Notes under the pieces: model-generated
Databases searched by the model: none
The model's input: the letters and a program-made list of their open reading frames with translations, nothing else
What the model was told of the DNA's origin: nothing
In this document: positions 1-14,524 of the stretch, piece after piece
How positions within the stretch are numbered: the first letter of the stretch is position 1
Layout of the letters: each line of letters opens with the position of its first letter
NCBI RefSeq assembly: GCF_016026235.1
Contig: NZ_CP065613.1
DNA length: 64,000 bases
From: Escherichia coli
GTDB lineage: Bacteria; Pseudomonadota; Gammaproteobacteria; Enterobacterales; Enterobacteriaceae
Reading direction: 5' to 3' (one strand)
Position numbers and translations under genes: made by a program

Positions 1-47
<47 letters not shown>

Positions 48-48
48 C

Positions 49-515
<467 letters not shown>

Positions 516-556
516 TGACCTCTGTACTTATAACAACAACGTAAGGTTATTGCGCT

Positions 557-955
557 ATGCAAACACAAATCAAAGTTCGTGGATATCATCTCGACGTTTA
601 CCAGCACGTCAACAACGCCCGCTACCTTGAATTTCTCGAAGAAGCCCGCTGGGATGGGTTGGAAAATAGCGACAGTTTTCAGTGGATGACGGCCCATAAC
701 ATCGCCTTCGTCGTGGTCAATATCAATATTAACTATCGTCGCCCAGCGGTATTAAGCGACCTGTTAACTATTACCAGTCAGTTGCAGCAATTAAACGGTA
801 AAAGCGGCATCTTAAGCCAGGTCATTACACTGGAGCCGGAAGGGCAGGTGGTAGCGGATGCGCTTATTACGTTTGTTTGTATTGATCTTAAAACGCAGAA
901 AGCATTAGCTCTGGAAGGGGAATTGCGCGAAAAGCTGGAGCAGATGGTTAAGTAA
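557..955 (+). CDS. fadM: long-chain acyl-CoA thioesterase III
   Basis: ORF track 132 aa; hot-dog thioesterase; recognised as E. coli FadM (YbaW). Confidence 0.9.
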   Translation: MQTQIKVRGYHLDVYQHVNNARYLEFLEEARWDGLENSDSFQWMTAHNIAFVVVNININYRRPAVLSDLLTITSQLQQLNGKSGILSQVITLEPEGQVVADALITFVCIDLKTQKALALEGELREKLEQMVK

Positions 956-1006
956 ACGTTTTGTGGTGCCGGATGCTCAAGCCGCATCCGGCGACACCCG
1001 GAATAA

Positions 1007-1702
1007 TTACCTCAACCCGGTTTTCTGCTTCATCGCTGCCATCACCGTCGGTTTATCGGCCAGATAATGATTCAAACCGTTGGCGCGTAAATTACATGCC
1101 GCACAATGACCGCAACCGTCGCCTTTAATGCCGTTATAGCAGGTCAACGTTTCGTTACGGACTAAATCCAGTTTGCCGTAATAATCTGCCAGCGCCCAGG
1201 TTTCCGCTTTATCAATCCACATCAGCGGCGTTTCAAAACGAATATCTTTCGCCATGCCCAAACTGACGGCATGGTTTAGTGCTTTCACAAACTCATCGCG
1301 GCAATCCGGGTAGCCGGAGAAATCCGTTTCACAGACGCCGGTAATTACGGCTTCTGCTTTTACCTGATACGCATATATTGCCGCCAGCGTCAGGAACAAA
1401 ATATTACGCCCTGGGACAAACGTATTCGGGATGCCATCGGCTTCAGGTTCATAATCAGGCACCGGAATGCTGTCACGTGTCAGGCTGCTGACCGCCAGCT
1501 CGTTGAGCAGCGTTACATCAAGAACCTTATGCGCGCGTGCTCCCAGTTTCAGCGCCAGTTCGCGTGCCACGTCGATTTCTGCGCGATGTCGCTGACCGTA
1601 ATCGAACGTCACGCAATGGACTTCATCATATTGTTGTAATGCCTGCACCAGACAGGTGGTGGAATCCTGGCCTCCACTGAACACAACGACAGCACGTTTC
1701 AT
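1007..1702 (-). CDS. queC: 7-cyano-7-deazaguanine synthase (queuosine biosynthesis)
   Basis: ORF track 231 aa; SGGxDS PP-loop motif and C-terminal Cys cluster; recognised as E. coli QueC. Confidence 0.93.
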
Positions 1703-1766
1703 AGATAATCCTGCTTGAACAATAAAAGCGTTATGGTAACGCCTGCGATTAACCCGGACCAGCTAT

Positions 1767-3467
1767 TCATTGCGACGGCGCGGGAAGCCAGGCTTCGGTA
1801 AATTCAAACCAGCCGCGCGGTGTCAGTCGCACACCGTTCACGCCGGGAGGGGCACTAATGCGATAGTGATAGTTGAACAGCGGCGTCAGCGTCGCGTCTG
1901 CCATTAACTGGCTAAAAACCGCTTTCAGGGCATTAAATCGGTTTTCCTCATCAGGCATTACTTGCACCGCGTCCAGTGTCGATTGCAAATGGGCATATGC
2001 TGGAGCGTCGAAAACATGTGGCCACAGTGGATCGCAACGTAGCCATTGCTCCAGAGTATATTCCGGTGCTTCGCCAATTAATCTGTCGCCCATCATGAGG
2101 TCTGCGTGTGCCAGTAGGGTCGTGTCGTCCCAGTTTTTTGCGTTATGAAAAATAATTGTGAGTTCACAGCCTTCCGCTGCCAGTGTCGCCTGTAAGCGTT
2201 CTGCCATGGTATGAAGTTCTATCGGTAGGTGATAAACCAGCGTCAAGGTTTTCGGTAGTTTGACTTCATCCGGTACGTGCCAATGCGGAATAGTCCAGCC
2301 TGGCAGTAATGCATGACTGGCGGTGATCAGGTTTTCTCCGACTTCTAACGTTTGTAATAAACCGGATTGATGAATAATGGAGATCACTTTTCGCGCCTGC
2401 CAGAGGGAGAGTCGGGGACTTTTGCGCAACGTTAAATAGCAAAAACCTAAACTGATGCCACTACTGACCTGGCTGACCCGTTGCAGCTCCTCCGGTTTGC
2501 CGATGGTGATTTGCACGGGATGCCGACAACTGGTTCCCAAATCTTTTTCGAAAAGCGGCGGAGTTATCCAGTACTCAACCGCTTTAAGCAGCGGATGACG
2601 TAAATGGTAATAATCATGGCTTTCCAGGCGCACCAGCTCCGCTGTGAATTGTGTTAAGCGAAAAGGACCCGTGCCGATCAGTGGGAATTGCGGATGCGCC
2701 AGATGGCTGCAATAGCTCGCCAGCCGGTGCGCAAGCCAGTAATCAGGGCGATGTAAAAAGAAGGTCAGACACTGCGGATGGGTGACCTCAATACGCTTCA
2801 CGCTAATAAATAATTGATCCAGTGCTGGCAGTTGTAACAGCATCAATAATCGCTGGTGTAAGTGTGAGGCTTTTACTGCATCGCCGTTATGCCAGTGTAG
2901 GGTTGAACGAAGATAAAAGTCCCAGCGTAACCCGTCAGCAGAGGTTTCCCAGTGATGCGCTAAATCGCCAATCGGGCGCTGGGTATTATTATCGAAGCGG
3001 GTCAGGCCGGAAAATATCTGTCCGGCGAGATGCTGCTCGGCACGGCCGGGCAAAAAGCCCGGTTGTAGCGGTTCGAGCGGGCGATAGTAGGGAATACGCA
3101 ACGTGGGCGTATCGTTTTGCCATTGTCCGCCCATAAACGGCTGTAACAGAGTGCGCAGCTCACCTGGGGCCAGTTGCGCCAGCTCCAGCACATCTTGCTG
3201 CTTTCCGGTTTCCAGTGCCTGTTCCATCATCGCATTGCGTAGCGATTCTGGCGTGACCAGAAAGCGTAATTGTCCGCGCTTTCCGCGTCCTGACTGCGCC
3301 TGCCACTCCAGCCATCCCGCCTCTTGTGCCTGACGCAACAGCGTACGAACATGGCGTTCGCTGCAAAAACAGCGTTCGGCCAGTTCGCTGACGGTGACGG
3401 TTTGCGGCTTTCCGGCGGAAGGTTGCCACAGACGTTGATACTGGTTAAGACGGTTGAGCAGTCGCAT
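1767..3467 (-). CDS. ybaE: uncharacterized solute-binding-like protein YbaE
   Basis: ORF track 571 aa (1767..3482); start moved to the internal Met to give the 566 aa I recall for E. coli YbaE. Confidence 0.85.
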   Translation of the reverse strand: MRLLNRLNQYQRLWQPSAGKPQTVTVSELAERCFCSERHVRTLLRQAQEAGWLEWQAQSGRGKRGQLRFLVTPESLRNAMMEQALETGKQQDVLELAQLAPGELRTLLQPFMGGQWQNDTPTLRIPYYRPLEPLQPGFLPGRAEQHLAGQIFSGLTRFDNNTQRPIGDLAHHWETSADGLRWDFYLRSTLHWHNGDAVKASHLHQRLLMLLQLPALDQLFISVKRIEVTHPQCLTFFLHRPDYWLAHRLASYCSHLAHPQFPLIGTGPFRLTQFTAELVRLESHDYYHLRHPLLKAVEYWITPPLFEKDLGTSCRHPVQITIGKPEELQRVSQVSSGISLGFCYLTLRKSPRLSLWQARKVISIIHQSGLLQTLEVGENLITASHALLPGWTIPHWHVPDEVKLPKTLTLVYHLPIELHTMAERLQATLAAEGCELTIIFHNAKNWDDTTLLAHADLMMGDRLIGEAPEYTLEQWLRCDPLWPHVFDAPAYAHLQSTLDAVQVMPDEENRFNALKAVFSQLMADATLTPLFNYHYRISAPPGVNGVRLTPRGWFEFTEAWLPAPSQ

Positions 3468-3566
3468 ATAAACCCGGAACAATATTATTTAACTATTCAC
3501 TATTACTTCCGTATATATCAGGTGATACTCAATCACCATTAACCGTGTCACAGAGTGGAGAAAGAA

Positions 3567-4385
3567 ATGGCTCGTCTGGCAGCATTTGATATGGATGGCA
3601 CTTTATTGATGCCTGACCATCATTTAGGTGAGAAAACCCTCTCTACTTTGGCGCGACTGCGTGAACGCGACATTACCCTCACTTTTGCCACGGGGCGTCA
3701 TGCGCTGGAGATGCAGCATATTCTCGGGGCGCTATCGCTGGATGCATATTTGATTACCGGCAACGGAACGCGCGTGCATTCTCTGGAAGGTGAACTTTTA
3801 CATCGTGATGATTTACCTGCGGATGTCGCGGAGCTGGTGCTGTATCAGCAATGGGATACCCGAGCCAGCATGCATATCTTCAATGACGATGGTTGGTTTA
3901 CCGGGAAAGAGATCCCTGCGTTGTTGCAGGCATTTGTCTATAGCGGTTTTCGTTATCAGATAATCGATGTCAAAAAAATGCCACTCGGCAGCGTCACCAA
4001 GATCTGCTTCTGTGGCGATCACGACGATCTTACACGCTTGCAGATCCAGCTATACGAAGCATTAGCCGAGCGTGCACATTTGTGTTTTTCCGCCACGGAT
4101 TGCCTCGAAGTGCTGCCGGTGGGCTGCAATAAAGGCGCTGCACTGACGGTGCTGACCCAACATTTAGGTTTATCGTTGCGCGATTGCATGGCCTTTGGTG
4201 ATGCGATGAACGATCGCGAAATGTTAGGCAGCGTCGGTAGCGGATTTATTATGGGCAATGCGATGCCGCAACTGCGCGCGGAGCTCCCGCATTTACCGGT
4301 GATTGGACATTGCCGAAATCAGGCTGTCTCTCACTATTTGACGCACTGGCTGGACTATCCACATCTACCTTATTCCCCCGAATAA
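3567..4385 (+). CDS. cof: HMP-PP phosphatase Cof (HAD superfamily)
   Basis: ORF track 3555..4385; DMDGTLL HAD motif near N-terminus; start at [14 protein letters not shown] by recollection of Cof. Confidence 0.9.
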
Positions 4386-4537
4386 CGAGATCCCTTCCAG
4401 CACCGAGCAATTGCCCGGTTTTTTTTGCGTTGAATTTGTCATTTTGTGCCGTGGTGTTTAAACCGCACAGAATAAATTGTCGTGATTTCACCTTTAAAAT
4501 AAAATTAAAAGAGAAAAAAATTCTCTGTGGAAGGGCT

Positions 4538-4996
4538 ATGTTAGATAAAATTGACCGTAAGCTGCTGGCCTTACTGCAGCAGGATTGCACCCTCTCTTTG
4601 CAGGCACTGGCTGAAGCCGTTAATCTGACAACCACCCCTTGCTGGAAGCGCCTGAAACGGCTGGAGGACGACGGTATCCTTATCGGCAAAGTCGCCCTGC
4701 TGGATCCGGAAAAAATAGGCCTCGGCCTGACCGCCTTTGTGCTGATAAAAACGCAACATCACAGCAGCGAATGGTATTGCCGCTTTGTCACGGTGGTTAC
4801 CGAAATGCCAGAAGTGCTGGGGTTCTGGCGCATGGCTGGTGAATACGATTATCTGATGCGCGTCCAGGTTGCCGACATGAAACGCTACGACGAGTTTTAT
4901 AAGCGTCTGGTAAACAGCGTGCCGGGGCTGTCGGACGTCACTTCCAGCTTCGCGATGGAACAGATTAAATACACCACTTCTTTACCCATCGAATAA
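4538..4996 (+). CDS. decR: Lrp/AsnC-family transcriptional regulator DecR (YbaO)
   Basis: ORF track 4310..4996 contains the 152 aa Lrp/AsnC regulator starting [10 protein letters not shown]; upstream part of the ORF treated as non-coding extension. Confidence 0.88.
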
Positions 4997-5025
4997 ATAT
5001 CCAGAATCAGGTCAGGACACAACGC

Positions 5026-8572
<3,547 letters not shown>

Positions 8573-8684
8573 ATAGCGCAATATTTCATCGTTGGTGCAA
8601 AAATGTAACGCACTGTGCACTGTCATAGTGCGTTTTCATTTTCAATCTTCTTAACTTCCTGCTCTCTTTCTCGTTTTTCATTTC

Positions 8685-8700
8685 TGGCACACCGCTTGCA
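8685..8700 (+). promoter_or_regulatory. sigma54 (RpoN) -24/-12 promoter TGGCAC-N5-TTGCA for glnK-amtB, with NtrC-type palindromes upstream (about 8590-8632)
   Basis: Exact TGGCAC N5 TTGCA at 8685-8700, about 50 nt upstream of glnK ATG; TGCAC-N7-GTGC palindrome at about 8616-8632. Confidence 0.75.
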
Positions 8701-8752
8701 ATACCTTCTTCGTGTAGCAGAACCATTACCGAATTCTGACCGGAGGGGATCT

Positions 8753-9091
8753 ATGAAGCTGGTGACCGTGATAATCAAACCATTCAAGCTGGAAGACGTT
8801 CGTGAAGCGTTATCTTCCATTGGTATTCAGGGCCTGACCGTCACCGAAGTGAAAGGTTTCGGGCGTCAGAAAGGGCATGCCGAGCTGTACCGGGGGGCGG
8901 AATACAGCGTCAACTTCCTGCCAAAAGTAAAAATTGATGTGGCGATTGCTGATGACCAACTCGATGAAGTGATCGATATCGTCAGTAAGGCGGCTTACAC
9001 CGGAAAAATTGGCGACGGCAAAATCTTCGTCGCTGAATTGCAACGCGTCATTCGTATTCGTACCGGCGAAGCCGACGAAGCGGCGCTGTAA
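8753..9091 (+). CDS. glnK: nitrogen regulatory protein PII-2 GlnK
   Basis: 112 aa PII protein MKLVTVIIKPFKLEDVREAL inside ORF 8615..9091. Confidence 0.95.
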   Translation: MKLVTVIIKPFKLEDVREALSSIGIQGLTVTEVKGFGRQKGHAELYRGAEYSVNFLPKVKIDVAIADDQLDEVIDIVSKAAYTGKIGDGKIFVAELQRVIRIRTGEADEAAL

Positions 9092-9274
9092 TCTCTGGCA
9101 CACAGCAACAGGAACGAAAAATGAAGATAGCGACGATAAAAACTGGGCTTGCTTCACTGGCGATGCTGCCGGGACTGGTAATGGCTGCACCTGCGGTGGC
9201 CGATAAAGCCGACAATGCGTTTATGATGATTTGTACTGCGCTGGTGCTGTTTATGACTATTCCGGGGATTGCCC

Positions 9275-10567
9275 CTGAGGGATCCCCAGAAAATTTAGTA
9301 AACCATTATCATATTGGTATACCGTTGCTGTAGAACTTTCAGCCCTGCGTCAAGTGACAGTGTGTTTAGTATGAGTGGAGAATGTCGAATCACATTCTCC
9401 GCCAGTTTTAATAACGAGATGACTCGCCTGTGCTTCACTGTATTTGCCTGATATTTATGATGTATCCCTTTGTTTTCCAGGCTGAAACCGCTTAACCACA
9501 TAATGATACTGGCTAATGTTGCGATCAGACTCAATACCGTGACCCGCCCGGATGAATGACTGGCACCAAACCGTAGTCCAAATCCCCAGCGAGGATTTTT
9601 TCATCCCTGAAATTTTGCTCAATTTGCATTCTACGGCTGTATAATTTCATTACCTGTTTTGGCGAGAACTCAGTACTGTTTGTGAAAATAAACCATGGTG
9701 ATTTCCCGGCAGTACGAGCTTTAGCCGTCACCGATGGTCTGGTTGCTCTTTCCTTCGAGCGTTTAAATCTACGACCTTTAGGCTTACTTTTATAAAGATA
9801 AAAATGCCCTTCATGTTGTGCATTTTTATCTCGACCCAGCAGGCCTTCACCTAAATAAATTGCTGTCGTTGATGCTTTTGTGCCTGAGTCCGACACCTTT
9901 TCCCAGCCATTACCAACATTGTAATAATGATTGCCCAGTACCCGGCAAATATAGGTCCAGCCACGGGAGCGGAGCTGTTGGAACCATCGCCCCTGAAAAC
10001 CGGCATCTGTAATAACAATGACATCAGTCCCGGGGGAAAAGCACTCAGCAAGCGATTCCAGAAAACGCTCATGTACATCTGCATTCGCTGTCTGTGATGA
10101 TGGAACGACACAACTCATCAACGGTAAAGAACGCCCGTCACATGCCAGGCTTGCCCGCAAAAGCTGAAAACGAGAGGCATGATAAGCACTCCAGTCAATG
10201 AGTATCACAACACGAGACATTCCCCGCGTAATCTTTTGGGTAATTCGCTGAAAAATGGTGGAAACCTCATTTTGCAAATGTCGATTCCCCAACAGTCGAT
10301 CCACCCGCTTTATTTTGTTTTTAACTGATGCCGTACCGGTTAAATGACGCCCGATACTGGTAAGTGTGAGGGAAGCGCCATTTATTACAGCATTAGTTGC
10401 GTCAATCAGTGATTTTTGACGGTAAAGATGCAAAGGGGCCAGTATGTTGTTAAGGAAATTTTGGCATAATGAACGTGCAGGCATAGTGGTGATCTCCTTG
10501 AAATTGTTAGCACAATCAATTAGATCACATCTCACTATGCCTGTCTTGTTTTCTGGGGATTCCTCAG
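9275..10567 (-). mobile_element. IS10-like insertion sequence (IS4 family), about 1.29 kb, imperfect terminal inverted repeats CTGAGGGATCCCC / CTGAGGAATCCCC, flanked by direct repeat (G)GGATTGCCC
   Basis: Terminal IRs read directly; flanking duplication at 9265-9274 and 10568-10577; internal transposase with IS4-family Y-R-E-K signature. Confidence 0.88.
9295..10484 (-). CDS. IS4-family (IS10-like) DDE transposase, apparently frameshifted (N-terminal frame 9531..10484, C-terminal frame 9295..about 9579)
   Basis: ORF track 9531..10649 and 9295..9534 both transposase-like, in different frames; YSRRMQIEQNFRDEK signature; AAGGAG SD upstream of ATG at 10484. Confidence 0.8.
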
Positions 10568-11728
10568 GGGATTGCCCTGTTTTACGGTGGGTTGATTCGC
10601 GGCAAAAACGTGCTGTCGATGCTGACGCAGGTGACGGTGACATTTGCACTGGTCTGTATTCTCTGGGTGGTTTACGGTTACTCGCTGGCGTTTGGTGAGG
10701 GCAACAACTTCTTCGGCAACATTAACTGGTTGATGCTGAAAAACATCGAACTGACGGCGGTGATGGGCAGCATTTATCAGTATATCCACGTAGCGTTTCA
10801 GGGATCGTTTGCCTGCATTACCGTAGGCTTGATAGTTGGGGCGCTGGCGGAACGAATCCGCTTCTCAGCTGTGTTGATTTTCGTGGTGGTATGGCTGACG
10901 CTCTCTTACATTCCAATTGCGCATATGGTCTGGGGCGGTGGTTTGCTGGCTTCTCACGGTGCGCTGGATTTCGCGGGTGGCACGGTGGTGCACATTAACG
11001 CCGCAATCGCCGGTCTGGTGGGCGCGTATCTGATAGGAAAACGCGTGGGCTTCGGTAAAGAGGCGTTTAAACCGCACAACCTGCCGATGGTCTTCACCGG
11101 GACTGCCATTCTCTATATCGGTTGGTTTGGCTTTAACGCCGGGTCAGCGGGCACGGCGAATGAAATCGCGGCACTGGCATTTGTGAATACTGTGGTCGCA
11201 ACGGCGGCGGCAATTCTTGGCTGGATCTTCGGTGAATGGGCGCTGCGTGGTAAGCCTTCACTGCTGGGGGCGTGTTCTGGCGCGATTGCCGGTCTGGTCG
11301 GCGTGACGCCAGCCTGTGGCTACATTGGTGTTGGCGGCGCGTTGATTATCGGCGTGGTAGCTGGTCTGGCGGGCTTGTGGGGCGTTACCATGCTCAAACG
11401 CTTGCTGCGGGTGGATGATCCCTGCGATGTCTTCGGTGTGCACGGCGTTTGTGGCATTGTCGGCTGTATCATGACCGGGATTTTTGCCGCCAGCTCGCTG
11501 GGCGGCGTGGGCTTCGCTGAAGGTGTGACGATGGGCCATCAGTTGCTGGTACAGCTGGAAAGCATTGCCATTACGATCGTCTGGTCCGGTGTGGTGGCAT
11601 TTATTGGCTACAAACTGGCGGATCTGACGGTTGGCCTGCGTGTGCCGGAAGAACAAGAGCGAGAAGGGCTGGACGTCAACAGTCACGGCGAGAATGCCTA
11701 TAACGCGTAACAAGCACTGCAAAAAACA

Positions 11729-11760
11729 GCCGGACGGTTTTCACCTCCGGCTATTTTTTT
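11729..11760 (+). terminator. Rho-independent terminator after amtB (hairpin GCCGGA...TCCGGC plus T-tract)
   Basis: GC hairpin followed by 8 T directly after amtB stop; also lies at the tesB 3' end on the opposite strand. Confidence 0.6.
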
Positions 11761-12619
11761 AATTGTGATTACGCATCACCCCTTCCTGAACGGTCGAGGC
11801 AACCAGTACGCCGTCATGGGTATAAAACTCACCGCGCACAAAGCCACGTGCGCTGGACGCCGAGGTGCTCTCCACGCTATACAGCAGCCATTCATTCAAA
11901 TTAAACGGGCGATGGAACCACATGGAATGGTCAATGGTGGCAATCTGAATCCCCGGTTCGAGAAAACCGATGCCGTGCGGCTGTAGAGCTACCGGCAGGA
12001 AGTTAAGATCAGAAGCGTAACCGAGCAGATACTGATGAACGCGCAGGTCATCCGGCACGCTACCATTTGCGCGGATCCACACCTGACGATGTGGTTCTGC
12101 GACGTGACCTTTCAGTGGGTTATGAAACTCCACCGGACGGACTTCCAGCGGACGATCGCAGATGAATTTATCTTTCAGCACTGGCGGCAGCAGGTGCGCC
12201 AGCGACTGGGCGATTTGCGTTTCCGAAGGCAGGCCATCAGGCGCTGGCGCGGACGGCATTGTTTTTTGATGTTCGAAACCCGCTTCTGGTGCCTGGAAAG
12301 AGGCCGTCATATAAAAAATCGGTTTGCCGTTTTGAATAGCAGCAACCCGGCGGGCGCTGAAGCTGTTACCGTCACGCAGCGTTTCGACATCATAAATAAT
12401 CGGTTTCTTACTATCGCCTGGGCGAAGAAAGTAGCTGTGAAACGAATGTACCAGCCGCTCTTCCGGGACGGTCTCTTTTGCAGCATACAAGGCCTGACCC
12501 ACGACCTGGCCGCCAAACACCTGGCGTAAACCTAAATCTTCACTCTGGCCGCGAAAGAGTCCTTCCTCAATTTTTTCCAGATTTAACAATGTCAGTAAAT
12601 TTTTTAGCGCCTGACTCAT
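11759..12619 (-). CDS. tesB: acyl-CoA thioesterase II
   Basis: 286 aa starting [20 protein letters not shown] inside ORF 11759..12703. Confidence 0.93.
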   Translation of the reverse strand: MSQALKNLLTLLNLEKIEEGLFRGQSEDLGLRQVFGGQVVGQALYAAKETVPEERLVHSFHSYFLRPGDSKKPIIYDVETLRDGNSFSARRVAAIQNGKPIFYMTASFQAPEAGFEHQKTMPSAPAPDGLPSETQIAQSLAHLLPPVLKDKFICDRPLEVRPVEFHNPLKGHVAEPHRQVWIRANGSVPDDLRVHQYLLGYASDLNFLPVALQPHGIGFLEPGIQIATIDHSMWFHRPFNLNEWLLYSVESTSASSARGFVRGEFYTHDGVLVASTVQEGVMRNHN

Positions 12620-12836
12620 ATAACTCTCCAGTAACAAAGCTGCCGCAGCAAGCCAAAGTGAGTTGAGTATAACGCAAATTTGCCACTGGTCCGATGGGTA
12701 CAATAGTCTGAATTACGGGCTAATTACAGGCAGAAATGCGTGATGTGTGCCACACTTGTTGACGTTACTATTTTGTTAACCACTCTTCCGGCGAGGAAAG
12801 TTAGCCCGCTGGTGCATTGATAATAAGGAGAAATGA

Positions 12837-13409
12837 ATGAAACTCGTGCACATGGCCAGTGGTTTAGCGGTTGCGATTGCGTTGGCGGCTTGCGCAGATA
12901 AAAGCGCGGATATTCAGACGCCAGCCCCGGCTGCAAATACGTCTATTTCAGCAACACAACAACCTGCTATCCAGCAACCGAATGTCTCCGGTACCGTCTG
13001 GATCCGTCAGAAAGTCGCACTGCCGCCTGATGCTGTGCTGACCGTGACACTTTCTGACGCGTCGTTAGCCGATGCACCGTCAAAAGTGCTGGCGCAGAAA
13101 GCGGTGCGTACTGAAGGTAAACAGTCACCATTCAGCTTTGTTCTGCCATTTAACCCGGCAGATGTTCAGCCGAACGCGCGTATTCTGTTGAGTGCGGCGA
13201 TTACCGTGAATGACAAACTGGTATTTATCACCGATACCGTTCAGCCGGTGATCAACCAGGGCGGAACTAAAGCCGACCTGACATTGGTGCCGGTACAGCA
13301 AACCGCCGTGCCGGTTCAGGCCAGCGGTGGCGCAACGACTACCGTACCTTCGACTTCACCAACTCAGGTGAATCCGTCTTCGGCAGTTCCAGCTCCTACG
13401 CAATATTAA
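12837..13409 (+). CDS. ybaY: outer-membrane lipoprotein YbaY
   Basis: ORF track 190 aa; lipobox LAAC after signal peptide. Confidence 0.88.
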   Translation: MKLVHMASGLAVAIALAACADKSADIQTPAPAANTSISATQQPAIQQPNVSGTVWIRQKVALPPDAVLTVTLSDASLADAPSKVLAQKAVRTEGKQSPFSFVLPFNPADVQPNARILLSAAITVNDKLVFITDTVQPVINQGGTKADLTLVPVQQTAVPVQASGGATTTVPSTSPTQVNPSSAVPAPTQY

Positions 13410-13439
13410 GCGACGTTAACCCTCTCCGCCCGGAGAGGG

Positions 13440-13829
13440 TTAGTAGTTCCAGCGATAACGCTGCAAGTCGATTTGCCCGCTTCCCGATACCATCACACCT
13501 TCTGCCAGTAATGCCTGTCGCTGACGCTGTAAATCCGGTCCGGTTAGCGAAATTGTGCCGTGGCGATTAACCACCCGGTGCCAGGGTAAGGTGCTGCCTT
13601 CAGGGAGACGCTTTAACACACCGCCCACCTGGCGCGCGGCGCGGGGCGATCCCGCCAGTTTCGCCACATCACCGTAAGTGGTGACATAGCCTTCGGGAAT
13701 AGCGGCGACGATTTGCCAGACGCGTTGGGGAAATGAATCTTCTTTTTCCATCTTTTCTTCCTGAGGTAATTTTTCAGCATAATCTGGAAAAACGCCCGAG
13801 TGAAGTCGCATTGCGCAAGAAACCAGCAT
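13440..13829 (-). CDS. atl: DNA base-flipping alkyltransferase-like protein Atl (YbaZ)
   Basis: 129 aa inside ORF 13440..13904; HRVVN motif of the AGT-like fold without the active-site Cys. Confidence 0.85.
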   Translation of the reverse strand: MLVSCAMRLHSGVFPDYAEKLPQEEKMEKEDSFPQRVWQIVAAIPEGYVTTYGDVAKLAGSPRAARQVGGVLKRLPEGSTLPWHRVVNRHGTISLTGPDLQRQRQALLAEGVMVSGSGQIDLQRYRWNY

Positions 13830-13905
13830 CTGGCACGCAATGGGTTGCAATTCGCCGGGGCAGCAGTGATAATGCGCCTGCGCGTTGGTTTTCAACGCTC
13901 TCAAT

Positions 13906-14019
13906 GGGGGCTCTGTTGGTTCTCCCGCAACGCTACTCTGTTTACCAGGTCAGGTCCGGAAGGAAGCAGCCAAGGCAGATGACGCGTGTGCCGGGATGTA
14001 GCTGGCAGGGCCCCCACCC
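13906..14019 (+). ncRNA. ffs: 4.5S RNA (signal recognition particle RNA)
   Basis: 114 nt GGGGGCUCUGUUGG...GGCAGGGCCCCCACCC read directly; matches the E. coli 4.5S RNA as I recall it. Confidence 0.93.
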
Positions 14020-14129
14020 ATTTCTGCCTCCCACCGTTTCGTCAAAAAATCCCAACATGGCTAAACTTTAACCACAACTGACGTCGCAAGAATTGTCTGG
14101 CTGCGCAGTACGCTTCGGAGGTATGTCTG

Positions 14130-14483
14130 ATGAAGTATGTTGATGGTTTTGTGGTTGCCGTTCCTGCCGATAAAAAGGATGCCTATCGGGAAATGGCCGC
14201 TAAGGCCGCGCCATTGTTTAAAGAGTTTGGCGCGCTTCGTATTGTCGAATGCTGGGCCAGCGATGTACCGGATGGCAAAGTGACCGATTTTCGTATGGCG
14301 GTGAAAGCGGAAGAGAATGAAGAGGTTGTCTTTAGCTGGATTGAATACCCTTCAAAAGAGGTCCGCGACGCAGCTAATCAAAAGATGATGTCGGACCCAC
14401 GGATGAAAGAGTTCGGCGAGTCCATGCCGTTTGACGGCAAGCGAATGATCTATGGCGGATTCGAGTCAATCATCGACGAATAG
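14130..14483 (+). CDS. ybaA: DUF1428 protein YbaA
   Basis: ORF track 117 aa; recognised as E. coli YbaA. Confidence 0.88.
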   Translation: MKYVDGFVVAVPADKKDAYREMAAKAAPLFKEFGALRIVECWASDVPDGKVTDFRMAVKAEENEEVVFSWIEYPSKEVRDAANQKMMSDPRMKEFGESMPFDGKRMIYGGFESIIDE

Positions 14484-14524
14484 GTAGCGTGACGGGCTGT
14501 GCGGCGTGCCGTCAGCCCAAAAAT

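Larger units (their letters stand above)
9121..11710 (+). pseudogene. amtB: ammonium transporter AmtB, interrupted after codon 51 by an IS insertion (5' part 9121-9274, 3' part 10568-11710)
   Basis: AmtB N-terminus MKIATIKTGLASLAMLPG...FMTIPGIA runs into IS sequence at 9275; AmtB reading frame resumes at 10568 (IALFYGGLIRGKNVLSMLTQ...) to stop at 11710; removing 9275-10577 restores a 1287 nt (428 aa) ORF. Confidence 0.9.

Noticed and set aside
4310-4537. N-terminal 76-codon extension of the decR ORF
   Set aside because: The extension lacks an RBS and runs through the AT-rich promoter region; the Lrp/AsnC domain begins at MLDKIDRK (4538)
8615-8752. N-terminal extension of the glnK ORF starting at GTG 8615
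   Set aside because: It would read through the sigma54 promoter and NtrC sites; GlnK is the 112 aa PII protein beginning at 8753
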